From IMG/VR virus record IMGVR_UViG_3300017766_000039, positions 1 through 35,080 of that record: a DNA stretch of 35,080 bases; one strand, given 5' to 3'. The stretch comes from a virus (taxonomy: Duplodnaviria > Caudoviricetes). Position 1 is the stretch's first letter, and each line of letters begins with the position of its first letter. Of the stretch, positions 1 through 7,124 are shown piece after piece. Position numbers and translations under genes: made by a program. The notes under the pieces are model-generated. The model ran no database searches. It was not told the DNA's origin and saw nothing but the letters and a program-made list of their open reading frames with translations.

Positions 1-864
1 CTGCTCACGCTCATACTGGATGTGTCCTTTTGTCTTGTCTACAGGGGTCCACCCTGCGTCCCATAGTCTGTCGATCCTCTGCTTAGGTGATGCCGGATCA
101 AACGACACCCAATCAAAGCAGATCAGTTCATCACCGTATACGTCAGTAACTGGATACTTCTTCTTGGCATCGACAACATTTGAGTAGAGGTCACCGTTCT
201 GCTTGACGCGATACTTGAGGCGATTAACCTCTTCGAGCTTAGGTGGGAAGTCCCTCTGGAACCCTTCCTCAAGCTCTGCCATACGATCCTCTACCTCCTT
301 CAAGTACTCCTCAGCCTTAGCCTTGTCAAACTTGAAACCGTTAGCAGTCATTTCTTCACACAGGATTTGAATGTCGTGCTCACAACGTAGTGCATCAGCC
401 CATGCCTTATCGAAGATTACCTTACGGAACCTCTCGAAGAGGGCCTGAGTAACCGCTACGTCTTGGTGGCAGTAGTCAATCATTTCCTGCGAGAGCTTAC
501 TCCAATCCTTGTGCTCACCCTTGAAGAGACCAAGGCGGATACCCCAAGCTTTGAGGCTGTGCCCATCCTTGATCTCGTAGTCGATCATTCGAGATACAAT
601 AAGAGTATCAATGACACTACCAACAGGAACGCAATCACTGCCAATAAGGCGATGAAGAACAGGTACGTCAAAACCCAGACCGTTATGGAATACAAACTTG
701 TCAACAGTGTTGCAATAAGCAAGGAACCTCTCCTTCTCTTCGACGACATGCGAGGGGTTAAGGAACTGGATCGTCTCACCAGTGTCCAAGTCCTTCGAAC
801 AGATCACCCAGATGCGGCTAGCGTCCAGACCATCCGTCTCAATGTCCATGGCGACTAATCTCAT
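1..864 (-). CDS. polA: DNA polymerase, family A (T7 gp5-like), N-terminal 3'-5' exonuclease region; 3' part lies outside the window
   Basis: Manual translation MRLVAMDIETDGLDASRIWVIC...FVFHNGLGFDVP...YCHQDV shows Exo I (DIET), Exo II (HNxxxFD) and Exo III (YCxQDV) motifs; AAGGAG SD upstream; frame open to the window edge. Confidence 0.92.
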   Translation of the reverse strand, partial: MRLVAMDIETDGLDASRIWVICSKDLDTGETIQFLNPSHVVEEKERFLAYCNTVDKFVFHNGLGFDVPVLHRLIGSDCVPVGSVIDTLIVSRMIDYEIKDGHSLKAWGIRLGLFKGEHKDWSKLSQEMIDYCHQDVAVTQALFERFRKVIFDKAWADALRCEHDIQILCEEMTANGFKFDKAKAEEYLKEVEDRMAELEEGFQRDFPPKLEEVNRLKYRVKQNGDLYSNVVDAKKKYPVTDVYGDELICFDWVSFDPASPKQRIDRLWDAGWTPVDKTKGHIQYEREQ

Positions 865-952
865 CCCAAATCTCCTTCATCGTCTCTTCGCTGAGGTTAT
901 ACTTACGGGCGAACCACCAACCCTTTCTTTCCCACCACTGACCAAACGTCAT
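839..952 (-). CDS. Small hypothetical protein (37 aa, MTFGQWWERKGWWFARK...)
   Basis: Manual translation; AGGAGG SD 7 nt upstream of ATG; overlaps the polymerase start. Confidence 0.5.
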   Translation of the reverse strand: MTFGQWWERKGWWFARKYNLSEETMKEIWDEISRHGH

Positions 953-1066
953 GCTTCGTCCTCCTTTGGTTCTTTAGCCCAAGGCTCCCTTGGCAGTGTC
1001 ACCTTAACGACAACAGGCTTAGAAGTAGACCATGGCATAGCGTGTTGTGTCAAGACCGTGCGAGTA

Positions 1067-1303
1067 TCATTTGTCGTTTTCACTGCTGTCCCGCTTCTCC
1101 GCAAGGTATGCCAAGTTATCTAGGACATACTGTAGGTCCAGTTGGTAGGCTGCACAGTAGACAGTGAACTCTAGGCCAATCTGAGCCATGTTGAGAGCAG
1201 CCTTTTCATCCACAGTGAAGGTGTACGTAGCACTTCCGTCTTCATGTTCCGTAGTTTCCTCTACGCCAATGTAGAAGGGGTCTTCTTGAACTTCGTCAGT
1301 CAT
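1067..1303 (-). CDS. Hypothetical acidic protein (78 aa)
   Basis: ORF track; GGAGG SD; tight packing in the minus-strand operon. Confidence 0.7.
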   Translation of the reverse strand: MTDEVQEDPFYIGVEETTEHEDGSATYTFTVDEKAALNMAQIGLEFTVYCAAYQLDLQYVLDNLAYLAEKRDSSENDK

Positions 1304-1306
1304 TTA

Positions 1307-1522
1307 TTATACCTCCATCAGTCTCTTTTTACAGTGTTCAAGTAGCCACATAACAGTTCCCCCATCTGCAACAGAGGACGCAAAGTAGAGGTCTCCTTCT
1401 TCGTCAAACCCCATAAGTACCACACCGTCAGGGCAATGCCCCTTAGCTGCCTCTAAAACTCGGTCTGTCGGTAGGTTTAGACGGGTGACATTCCCGAGAG
1501 GTACTACGTTGCTAGTGTTCAT
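1307..1522 (-). CDS. Hypothetical phage protein (71 aa, MNTSNVVPLGNVTRLNLP...)
   Basis: ORF track; start moved to the ATG following AGGAGGAAGACG. Confidence 0.7.
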   Translation of the reverse strand: MNTSNVVPLGNVTRLNLPTDRVLEAAKGHCPDGVVLMGFDEEGDLYFASSVADGGTVMWLLEHCKKRLMEV

Positions 1523-1688
1523 CGTCTTCCTCCTTGTGGATGTAGTAGGGGCAGTCCCTGCTTGGTGTCGGTGCAAACACTGTCTGGTAGGTTTCCCGTC
1601 CCGGTGTCTTACGCATACACGTTTCCTCTAGGGGGCAGTCCTTACTAATACACCTTGCGTAGTCGTAGGGTAGTGTGGTGTATCTCAT
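1512..1688 (-). CDS. Small Cys-rich protein (58 aa; C-x4-C-x5-C...C), possibly metal-binding
   Basis: Manual translation MRYTTLPYDYARCISKDCPLEETCMRKTPGRETYQTVFAPTPSRDCPYYIHKEEDDEH; overlaps both neighbours; GGAG SD. Confidence 0.6.
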   Translation of the reverse strand: MRYTTLPYDYARCISKDCPLEETCMRKTPGRETYQTVFAPTPSRDCPYYIHKEEDDEH

Positions 1689-1912
1689 TCGTCGTTCTCC
1701 TCTCTGTGTGTCGCATGGTAGAACATGATTTCGATTACCTGTAAAGGCCAGATGGCGCTGTTCCTGAGCATCTTGAAGTCACTATACTCTACGTTATCCT
1801 CACCTGCAAAGTGGACGATGGTCTTGACGTGCCAGTAGTAGAGGTAGGCACCCAGCGTGTAGATAACGGCCCAGATCGTAGGCATCAACATTCCTGAGTA
1901 TTCAATCATCAC
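1685..1912 (-). CDS. Hypothetical membrane protein (75 aa)
   Basis: ORF track; N-terminal hydrophobic segment; overlaps the primase-helicase stop. Confidence 0.6.
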   Translation of the reverse strand: MMIEYSGMLMPTIWAVIYTLGAYLYYWHVKTIVHFAGEDNVEYSDFKMLRNSAIWPLQVIEIMFYHATHREENDE

Positions 1913-3516
1913 ATAAACTTCTCCGAGAGGGTGAACGTCTCACTATCGAAGAACATCTGTCCTGCGTAGCCTGTGGAACCTGTCGGTCTATTTTTAACGA
2001 CAAGAAGTTTAGTAGTGTTGCGGCTCTCATCATCCTTAGCCATCTTGTCCCGCTCAAGTTTGATAACGACAGATGCTCGTTTACCAATCATGCGGCAGTC
2101 ACGGATAGCCCCATCGTCATTCTCATGGGCAATGGTCACGATCCCTACGTTAAGCTCAGCGGAAAGACGTGCAAGCTTAGTGGATAGCTGGCTCAGGAAT
2201 TGCTCTACGCTTTCATCTCCTTGGCGACTATACGCAAGGTCTTGGATAGGCTCGAAGAAGATGTAGTGGACGCCACATGCCTCAGTGAGGAAACGGATAC
2301 GCTCAAGGATTTCCAAGGGGTCTTCGTCAACACCCAAAGTAAACTGATACAGACGCTCATCCGCAGAGATCGTAGTGATAGCCTTGTCCACCTCAGTCTG
2401 GTTCGTAATCAAGTCTTTACGGGTCACATTCTTCTTCAAGGCATACGACGCAAGACCCAAGAGAGAACGCTTCTTAACCTCTTCCATGTGGCAGATGGCG
2501 ATCTTGATATCATCTGTCGTTGTGAGCATGGAGTATTCCAAGTAGCGCATGAACTCTGTCTTACCGATACCCTCGGGTGCTTGGAACACGGTGAAGTGCC
2601 CACGCATGAGACCAAGGATCACGTCGTCAAGCGATTGGATGCCAGTAGTGGTGTAACTACTATCATCATCGTCGTGCAGGATCGACAGGAATTGTTCTGT
2701 CGTATTGAAGATGTTGTCAGGGATATACTTACGCGCCTGCTGGAAGGCAGTGCGATAGCTCTCCTTGGCACCAGCCTCAAGGAACTCATTGGCATCCTTA
2801 TACTTGTCGTGAGGGATAGCGTAGACACGATTGGGGAAGAGGTTCGCAAGCTTCTGCGCTACACCTTCGGCTTTCATGTCGCTATCAAACGACACATAAA
2901 TCTTCTCGAAGCTATCTAACCAGTCACGGCACTTCTCGAAGAGCTTCTGGCTTGGCGTAGCGGATGGCAAAGAGACGCAAGGCACCTTGTCCCCTAGCAT
3001 CTGGAAGGCAGACATAGCGTCAAGCTCACCCTCGGTGATAACGACAGCCTTTGCACTGCCAGCATTGAACTTGTCCATGCCAAACAATTCATCAGGCTTG
3101 AACCCTACCTCCGTGCGGAAAGACTTAGGCAATGTCCGAAACTTCTTACCACCAGAGGGGTAGACGTATTCCTGTCGGATGCTCTCACCATCAGCATTGA
3201 CGTAGGTCTTGACGGAATAGAACTGCATGGTCTTGTCGCTGATCGAACGCATGGTCCGATAGACAGGCGTCAGGAACTCTTCCTTAACGACAGATAGGTT
3301 GGTAGGTGTCGGTGTTTGCATGACGTTATTCTCCTTGTGTGTCCATGATGGCGGGTATTCTTCCTTAGCCCAATCGAACGTAGGCATTCTACTAGGGTAA
3401 CCCTTACCACAAGACTTACAGTGACCGCAACCCATACCGGGATTCCAAACAAAAGCATCACTGCTACCACAGGCAACGAAGGGGCAGGGTAGTCTAGGTA
3501 TATTCTCAGTTTGCAT
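1909..3516 (-). CDS. T7 gp4-like DNA primase-helicase
   Basis: N-terminal Zn finger (CPFVACGSSDA...CKSC), TOPRIM (VITEGELDAMS, FDSD), DnaB-like Walker A (QAPEGIGKT), KNRPTG; ATG at 3516 has a GAGG SD. Confidence 0.93.
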   Translation of the reverse strand: MQTENIPRLPCPFVACGSSDAFVWNPGMGCGHCKSCGKGYPSRMPTFDWAKEEYPPSWTHKENNVMQTPTPTNLSVVKEEFLTPVYRTMRSISDKTMQFYSVKTYVNADGESIRQEYVYPSGGKKFRTLPKSFRTEVGFKPDELFGMDKFNAGSAKAVVITEGELDAMSAFQMLGDKVPCVSLPSATPSQKLFEKCRDWLDSFEKIYVSFDSDMKAEGVAQKLANLFPNRVYAIPHDKYKDANEFLEAGAKESYRTAFQQARKYIPDNIFNTTEQFLSILHDDDDSSYTTTGIQSLDDVILGLMRGHFTVFQAPEGIGKTEFMRYLEYSMLTTTDDIKIAICHMEEVKKRSLLGLASYALKKNVTRKDLITNQTEVDKAITTISADERLYQFTLGVDEDPLEILERIRFLTEACGVHYIFFEPIQDLAYSRQGDESVEQFLSQLSTKLARLSAELNVGIVTIAHENDDGAIRDCRMIGKRASVVIKLERDKMAKDDESRNTTKLLVVKNRPTGSTGYAGQMFFDSETFTLSEKFM

Positions 3517-3599
3517 CAGGTTCCTCACGTTGGCTATAGGTTTAGCGTAGAGCCTATACTAGGGAGATACTAATATACCCCGCGCAGGGGCACGGCCCT

Positions 3600-3627
3600 A
3601 GCATACAGCCATTCTTTGATCCGTCAA
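3600..3627 (-). promoter_or_regulatory. sigma70-type promoter for the primase-helicase operon
   Basis: TTGACG-16 bp-TATGCT on the minus strand, upstream of the primase gene. Confidence 0.6.
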
Positions 3628-3737
3628 CCACTATTCTTCACTAGGCTTCTTACGACAAGAAACAGTGGCGGAATTATCACATGTAGGTTGACGACAAGAA
3701 GAAGGACAAGGGCTGTGTAGATTATGCTTCCCATACG

Positions 3738-3929
3738 TCACCAGTTAGGTTCGTAGAGTTGACCCTTGGCGATCTTACCCTCTACCATCTCAAGCTCTAT
3801 CTCAAGGCTGGCCAGACGTTCATCATCCCCTAACCATTCGGCTTCCTCTACGGCACGGCGTAGGTTACCCCGCACAAACGACAAGGAAGTAAGATTGGCT
3901 TTGTATAGGTCTTCTGATGCAGATTTCAT
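3738..3929 (-). CDS. Hypothetical protein (63 aa)
   Basis: ORF track; ATGA overlap with the upstream gene. Confidence 0.65.
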   Translation of the reverse strand: MKSASEDLYKANLTSLSFVRGNLRRAVEEAEWLGDDERLASLEIELEMVEGKIAKGQLYEPNW

Positions 3930-4210
3930 TTGGCTTGCACCTTTGCACTGAGGGCTTCCATTTCGATACGTTCGATGATCTTAGCCAGCATTTCTTCGAT
4001 CATAAAGAAGTCCTCGCTGGCCCTATCCAAAGCTTGTGTTGCATCCACCAGACCATCCGCAACTACCTTGTAGTCCTCGCAGGATTCGTCACCTTCCACA
4101 CGGTTGAACACACGCTCTGCATCTCTCTTGTTTTCCTTGGCCCTAGTCCCTGCCATCATAGCGTCATGGGTTAGATCAGCAAGGTCGTAGATGATACCCT
4201 GTATATTCAT
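3926..4210 (-). CDS. Hypothetical acidic helical protein (94 aa)
   Basis: C-terminal part of the 177-aa ORF; GGAGG SD 7 nt before ATG 4210. Confidence 0.65.
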   Translation of the reverse strand: MNIQGIIYDLADLTHDAMMAGTRAKENKRDAERVFNRVEGDESCEDYKVVADGLVDATQALDRASEDFFMIEEMLAKIIERIEMEALSAKVQAK

Positions 4211-4212
4211 GG

Positions 4213-4368
4213 TCATTCCTCCGTCCAATAACCTAGACGATCTGCATGTTCCAGATACGCCTGTTCCACTTGTGCTTGGAAGATACCATAGGACGACGGA
4301 TGAAACCACCCAAATCCTTGCATACCCACCCACAAGATGATTGCGAAGTCTCTTGCATTGCTCAGCAT
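4213..4368 (-). CDS. Small hypothetical protein (51 aa, MLSNARDFAIILWVGMQGFGWF...)
   Basis: Manual translation; GAGGGGG SD; fills the gap between neighbours. Confidence 0.55.
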   Translation of the reverse strand: MLSNARDFAIILWVGMQGFGWFHPSSYGIFQAQVEQAYLEHADRLGYWTEE

Positions 4369-4382
4369 TTTGTCGTCCCCCC

Positions 4383-4727
4383 TCAATCCAAACGTGAGTT
4401 AGCGTAGGCATCAAAGCCATGATCCCGTAGCACTTGGGCCGCTGCCAATGCACCTGCATACTTAGAGTCTACGTTCTGCACCCCAAGCTCAGACGGGTTC
4501 CAGTAGGTAAACTCTTTGCCCGTCCAATCGGGACTGAACCCCATCTGCCTAAGGATAACACGTTCAGCCTTCCCTTCCTTTGTGTTGCCCTTGTGCTTAG
4601 GCTTGATGTTGACCCAAGCAAAGCCACAAGCCCCTGCATCCTTTCCGTCCCACCACTTGTTAAGGATAGCGACAGCCTCTGTCTTAGCTGCTTCCACAGC
4701 CTTATCCATTGCTAGCACATGGTCCAT
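4383..4727 (-). CDS. Conserved phage early protein (CGFAWV...SRLD type), function unknown
   Basis: ORF track; CGFAWV motif and C-terminal SRLD are typical of a widespread phage family; AGGGGAAG SD. Confidence 0.8.
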   Translation of the reverse strand: MDHVLAMDKAVEAAKTEAVAILNKWWDGKDAGACGFAWVNIKPKHKGNTKEGKAERVILRQMGFSPDWTGKEFTYWNPSELGVQNVDSKYAGALAAAQVLRDHGFDAYANSRLD

Positions 4728-4757
4728 GATCTTCCCCTTTCTTTGTGTCGTTTACGT

Positions 4758-4925
4758 TCAGTCACAGCTTGAATAACGTGACATACTACAGGTCCACTGT
4801 CCATAGGTTTCTGAGAACCATACGGCATACGTAGCGCCATACCCATAGCCCCAGCCCTCTACAAAGTCTGCACCACGCTTGTGTGCCTCTAACTCTGTGG
4901 CAAAGTGTTCTGTTGTGCGGATCAT
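4758..4925 (-). CDS. Small hypothetical early protein (55 aa, MIRTTEHFATELEAHKRG...SRYSSCD)
   Basis: Manual translation; GGAGG SD. Confidence 0.6.
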   Translation of the reverse strand: MIRTTEHFATELEAHKRGADFVEGWGYGYGATYAVWFSETYGQWTCSMSRYSSCD

Positions 4926-4943
4926 TCCCATTCCCTCCCTATG

Positions 4944-5528
4944 TTATACGACACCATGGATACGACGCCATGCGACCCATGTGATAGCCTGCATCTGGTA
5001 TGCCTCCACCCCTTCTGCATGGGCAGCGACACGATAGGCATCCTGCAATTCCAGACGGGCCTTCTTCCCTATGCTGGGCACATCTTGCATCACACGTCTG
5101 TCAGCATGGGCAATGCCCCAAGCGTGGCCGTCTATAACGCATGTGCTATAGCCAAGGATGCACCAGTAAAAGTCTGTGATCTTGGGGCCGTTAAGGATAG
5201 TCGCTACGCGCTGGGCATCCCCTACGCTTTCCAAGATACGCCATGCCTTTTCCCACATGGTGCGATAGGTGGACGCCTTGACTTCCTCATAGTATCCGCC
5301 ACGTGTGAACGTCTCGCAGAATTGCCTTGCGTCCTTGATGTTCTGGCCCCAGAGGTTAGTAGGAGATAGGGCAGCAACGACACCAACCACAATGTGAAGA
5401 GGCAAGCCACAATCTTGGGCAATCAACTGACACTCAGCCTGAGCCTGTTCATACCAGTGCATCCCATGCTGCACCTCATCTGCATTGGCCATGGCATACA
5501 CGGCCCGTATGTTAGCGACAAAAGACAT
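4944..5528 (-). CDS. Phage early protein resembling the HhH-GPD DNA glycosylase fold (DUF7178-like, from recollection)
   Basis: Motifs WY, AALSP, LNGPKITDF, VIDGHA, QAITW resemble the HhH-GPD superfamily layout. Confidence 0.7.
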   Translation of the reverse strand: MSFVANIRAVYAMANADEVQHGMHWYEQAQAECQLIAQDCGLPLHIVVGVVAALSPTNLWGQNIKDARQFCETFTRGGYYEEVKASTYRTMWEKAWRILESVGDAQRVATILNGPKITDFYWCILGYSTCVIDGHAWGIAHADRRVMQDVPSIGKKARLELQDAYRVAAHAEGVEAYQMQAITWVAWRRIHGVV

Positions 5529-5560
5529 AGCCTGTCCCTTCTGTTAAGATTGCCTTAGCA

Positions 5561-5588
5561 TTGCCCATGAAGCTTCCCACATGGGCAA
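5561..5588. other. Intergenic hairpin TTGCCCATG-N10-CATGGGCAA (possible RNA processing or stability element)
   Basis: Perfect 9-bp inverted repeat between early genes; no downstream U-tract on either strand. Confidence 0.45.
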
Positions 5589-5595
5589 AACTCTG

Positions 5596-5832
5596 TCAAT
5601 CGTTCTTATAGTGGCTGGCAATCTCTTCCCAGTTCACATTAGCTAGCGCCATCTCAAGTAGGTCGCTGGCAAGGCCAAAGTCAGAGACGGCCCCATTTAT
5701 CACATCCTCAGCGACTTCCTTGACCCAAGCCGCATCTATTTCCATAGACGACCCCACATCCGTGGTTAAAGAGTCGCCAAGCCATAGGTTGACAAGCCAC
5801 GTCTCTCTGTTAGTCCAGCCATTGTACTTCAT
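5596..5832 (-). CDS. Conserved phage early protein (YNGWTNxETW type)
   Basis: ORF track; N-terminal MKYNGWTNRETWLVNLW motif of a common phage family. Confidence 0.8.
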   Translation of the reverse strand: MKYNGWTNRETWLVNLWLGDSLTTDVGSSMEIDAAWVKEVAEDVINGAVSDFGLASDLLEMALANVNWEEIASHYKND

Positions 5833-5844
5833 GATGTATCCCTT

Positions 5845-5916
5845 TCAGTTAGCGTTGAAGCATACTAGGGCAGCAAGCCCAAAGATGCAGACGATTAGAA
5901 GCGTAGCGGATATCAT
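5845..5916 (-). CDS. Putative 23-aa membrane peptide (MISATLLIVCIFGLAALVCFNAN)
   Basis: Manual translation; fills the gap between two early genes. Confidence 0.35.
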   Translation of the reverse strand: MISATLLIVCIFGLAALVCFNAN

Positions 5917-5917
5917 A

Positions 5918-6076
5918 TCAATACCCTAGCCATTGCAGAACGTGGGTTGCCTTGTAGCTTTCCTTGTCGCCCATGTCCTTGACAAACTCTTGCCAATCGC
6001 ATCCGTGGTCCTTCACTTCTTTATAGGCGCGGGCTTTGGTTATCGTGATACCCTTGGCGCTTTCATAGTAGGTCAT
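5918..6076 (-). CDS. Small early protein (52 aa, MTYYESAKGITITKARA...LQWLGY)
   Basis: Manual translation; operon packing. Confidence 0.65.
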   Translation of the reverse strand: MTYYESAKGITITKARAYKEVKDHGCDWQEFVKDMGDKESYKATHVLQWLGY

Positions 6077-6080
6077 GTTA

Positions 6081-6224
6081 TCACCAGCACTGTTCGATAA
6101 CAGCCAAAGCTTGCTGCATCTTCATCTTAAGCAAGACAAACTGATTGGCGCTTAGGTTTCCATCAGCCTTGCGTAGTGTCTTGGCGGCTTGTTCAAGAGT
6201 GTTGAGGGCTTCTAGGTAGGTCAT
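6081..6224 (-). CDS. First early gene, hypothetical (47 aa)
   Basis: GGAGG SD before ATG 6224; lies just downstream of the early promoter. Confidence 0.6.
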   Translation of the reverse strand: MTYLEALNTLEQAAKTLRKADGNLSANQFVLLKMKMQQALAVIEQCW

Positions 6225-6255
6225 TTGGTTCCTCCGTTCTGCGTTTCGTTGGATT

Positions 6256-6285
6256 GAATTAGCCACACGGTTTCGAATAGGTCAA
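6256..6285 (-). promoter_or_regulatory. Putative early promoter
   Basis: TTGACC-18 bp-TAATTC (GCTAATTC resembles alphaproteobacterial -10 elements) just upstream of the first early ORF. Confidence 0.5.
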
Positions 6286-6317
6286 TAAGAAAATGCAAGG
6301 GAAGGCGATATTTCTTG

Positions 6318-6330
6318 TAAGTGATTGATT
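6318..6330 (-). promoter_or_regulatory. IHF-binding site
   Basis: AATCAATCACTTA matches WATCAANNNNTTR exactly. Confidence 0.55.
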
Positions 6331-6372
6331 TGATTGGAAACAAAATTGATAGGGAACGACAAATAACTAAGT

Positions 6373-6387
6373 GTTCCTGATTCGTTC
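6373..6387 (+). promoter_or_regulatory. Alphaproteobacterial LexA (SOS) box
   Basis: GTTC-CTGATTC-GTTC = GTTC-N7-GTTC. Confidence 0.6.
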
Positions 6388-6462
6388 TTATGGCAAAGGT
6401 TAACATGTTAAGCAATGTCTTTGATCTAGGTATAGGAACACGCGAGGGAAGATCAGGAAAAG

Positions 6463-6477
6463 TGTTATAGTATAACG
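6463..6477. promoter_or_regulatory. Zur-like box 1
   Basis: TGTTATAGTATAACG palindrome; matches the core of the proteobacterial Zur consensus TGTTATAnTATAACA. Confidence 0.5.
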
Positions 6478-6512
6478 TTACAGTCTAGGGTAGGAAACGA
6501 TAGGGGCAAAGG

Positions 6513-6527
6513 TGAGAATGGTTCGCA
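6513..6527. promoter_or_regulatory. Fur/Mur-like box
   Basis: TGAGAATGGTTCGCA, a 7-1-7 imperfect palindrome resembling TGAGAATnATTCGCA. Confidence 0.4.
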
Positions 6528-6605
6528 AGTAGGAACAAGGGGAAAGGCTAATGATACCAATGTGATACCAAGCTAGGATAGGTGCTCAGGGTTATTTGAC
6601 CTGCA

Positions 6606-6620
6606 TGTTATAATATAACG
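6606..6620. promoter_or_regulatory. Zur-like box 2
   Basis: TGTTATAATATAACG; differs from box 1 only at the central base. Confidence 0.5.
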
Positions 6621-6643
6621 TGGGGTAACATGATACCTCAATG

Positions 6644-6711
6644 TGTGATACTTATGCAACACCTACTGGGCTGTGATACTTGTGCAACACATGCGTGGCA
6701 GGAATGTCACA
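6644..6711. repeat. Three closely spaced 18-bp imperfect palindromes (TGTGATACTTATGCAACA, TGTGATACTTGTGCAACA, CGTGGCAGGAATGTCACA)
   Basis: Read directly at 6644-6661, 6672-6689 and 6694-6711; a fourth similar copy lies at 3664-3681. Confidence 0.7.
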
Positions 6712-6861
6712 CAGAGGCACCCCTACCGGGCACCAAGGGGGTCAGGGGGTGGTTCCTTATTCATGAAATGCACCTAAAGATTTTCTCTATAAATTTCCTG
6801 AACCCACAGGGTGCCCCTACGCTCGTGCCAATGTATGAACGACAGATTATCTAGACATAAG

Positions 6862-6893
6862 GAAAAACCCCTACGGAGTGAACCATAGGGGGT
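6862..6893 (-). terminator. Intrinsic terminator
   Basis: Minus-strand RNA CCCCUAUGG-UUCACU-CCGUAGGGG-UUUUU; the G.U wobble pair only works on this strand. Confidence 0.75.
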
Positions 6894-7118
6894 GCTTCAG
6901 TGTATGAATTGTTAGGTGTCTAACCCTACGTATGTCCTATTGTGGGTGACTACCCAAGGAGTACCCCTACGTAAGGTGCCCATGGAATCTGCATCAGTCT
7001 ACTTAAGTAGTACTTATGTAGAGAACGTAGAGCTACCCTAGAGGAAGGAACCAGATAGAGGAGTAACGTAGAGTCAGTCCTATAGTATAGAGTATATACT
7101 TAGGGTCCGCCAAAGGAC
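6863..7118 (-). ncRNA. Putative ~255-nt small non-coding RNA
   Basis: Bounded by a perfect sigma70 promoter (7125-7153) and an intrinsic terminator (6862-6893); only SD-less ORFs of 14 and 23 aa inside. Confidence 0.5.
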
Positions 7119-7124
7119 AGTTTT

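Noticed and set aside
1530-1685. Repeated GGACTGCCCC (minus strand) with superficial similarity to a cobalamin riboswitch
   Set aside because: The region is a coupled 58-aa ORF and the repeat encodes Asp-Cys-Pro twice; the key B12-box elements are missing.
5590-5600. TTGACA (minus strand) as a promoter for the 4944-5528 gene
   Set aside because: No credible -10 at 16-18 bp spacing, and the hexamer overlaps the stop codon of the upstream gene.
6399-6412. TTAACATGTTAA as a CtrA box
   Set aside because: The spacing is N4, not the TTAA-N7-TTAA consensus; at most a half-site or an unrelated palindrome.
6421-6434. TTGATCTAGGTATA as an FNR/FnrL box
   Set aside because: Only one half-site matches TTGAT-N4-ATCAA.
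6221-6854. ORF-track ORFs 6221-6415(-) and 6630-6854(+)
   Set aside because: Weak or no SD, atypical composition, and they overlap the motif array and promoter; probably non-coding.
6544-7075. Short repeats as a mini-CRISPR array
   Set aside because: The repeats are 7-18 bp, degenerate and irregularly spaced; there is no repeat-spacer periodicity and no cas gene.
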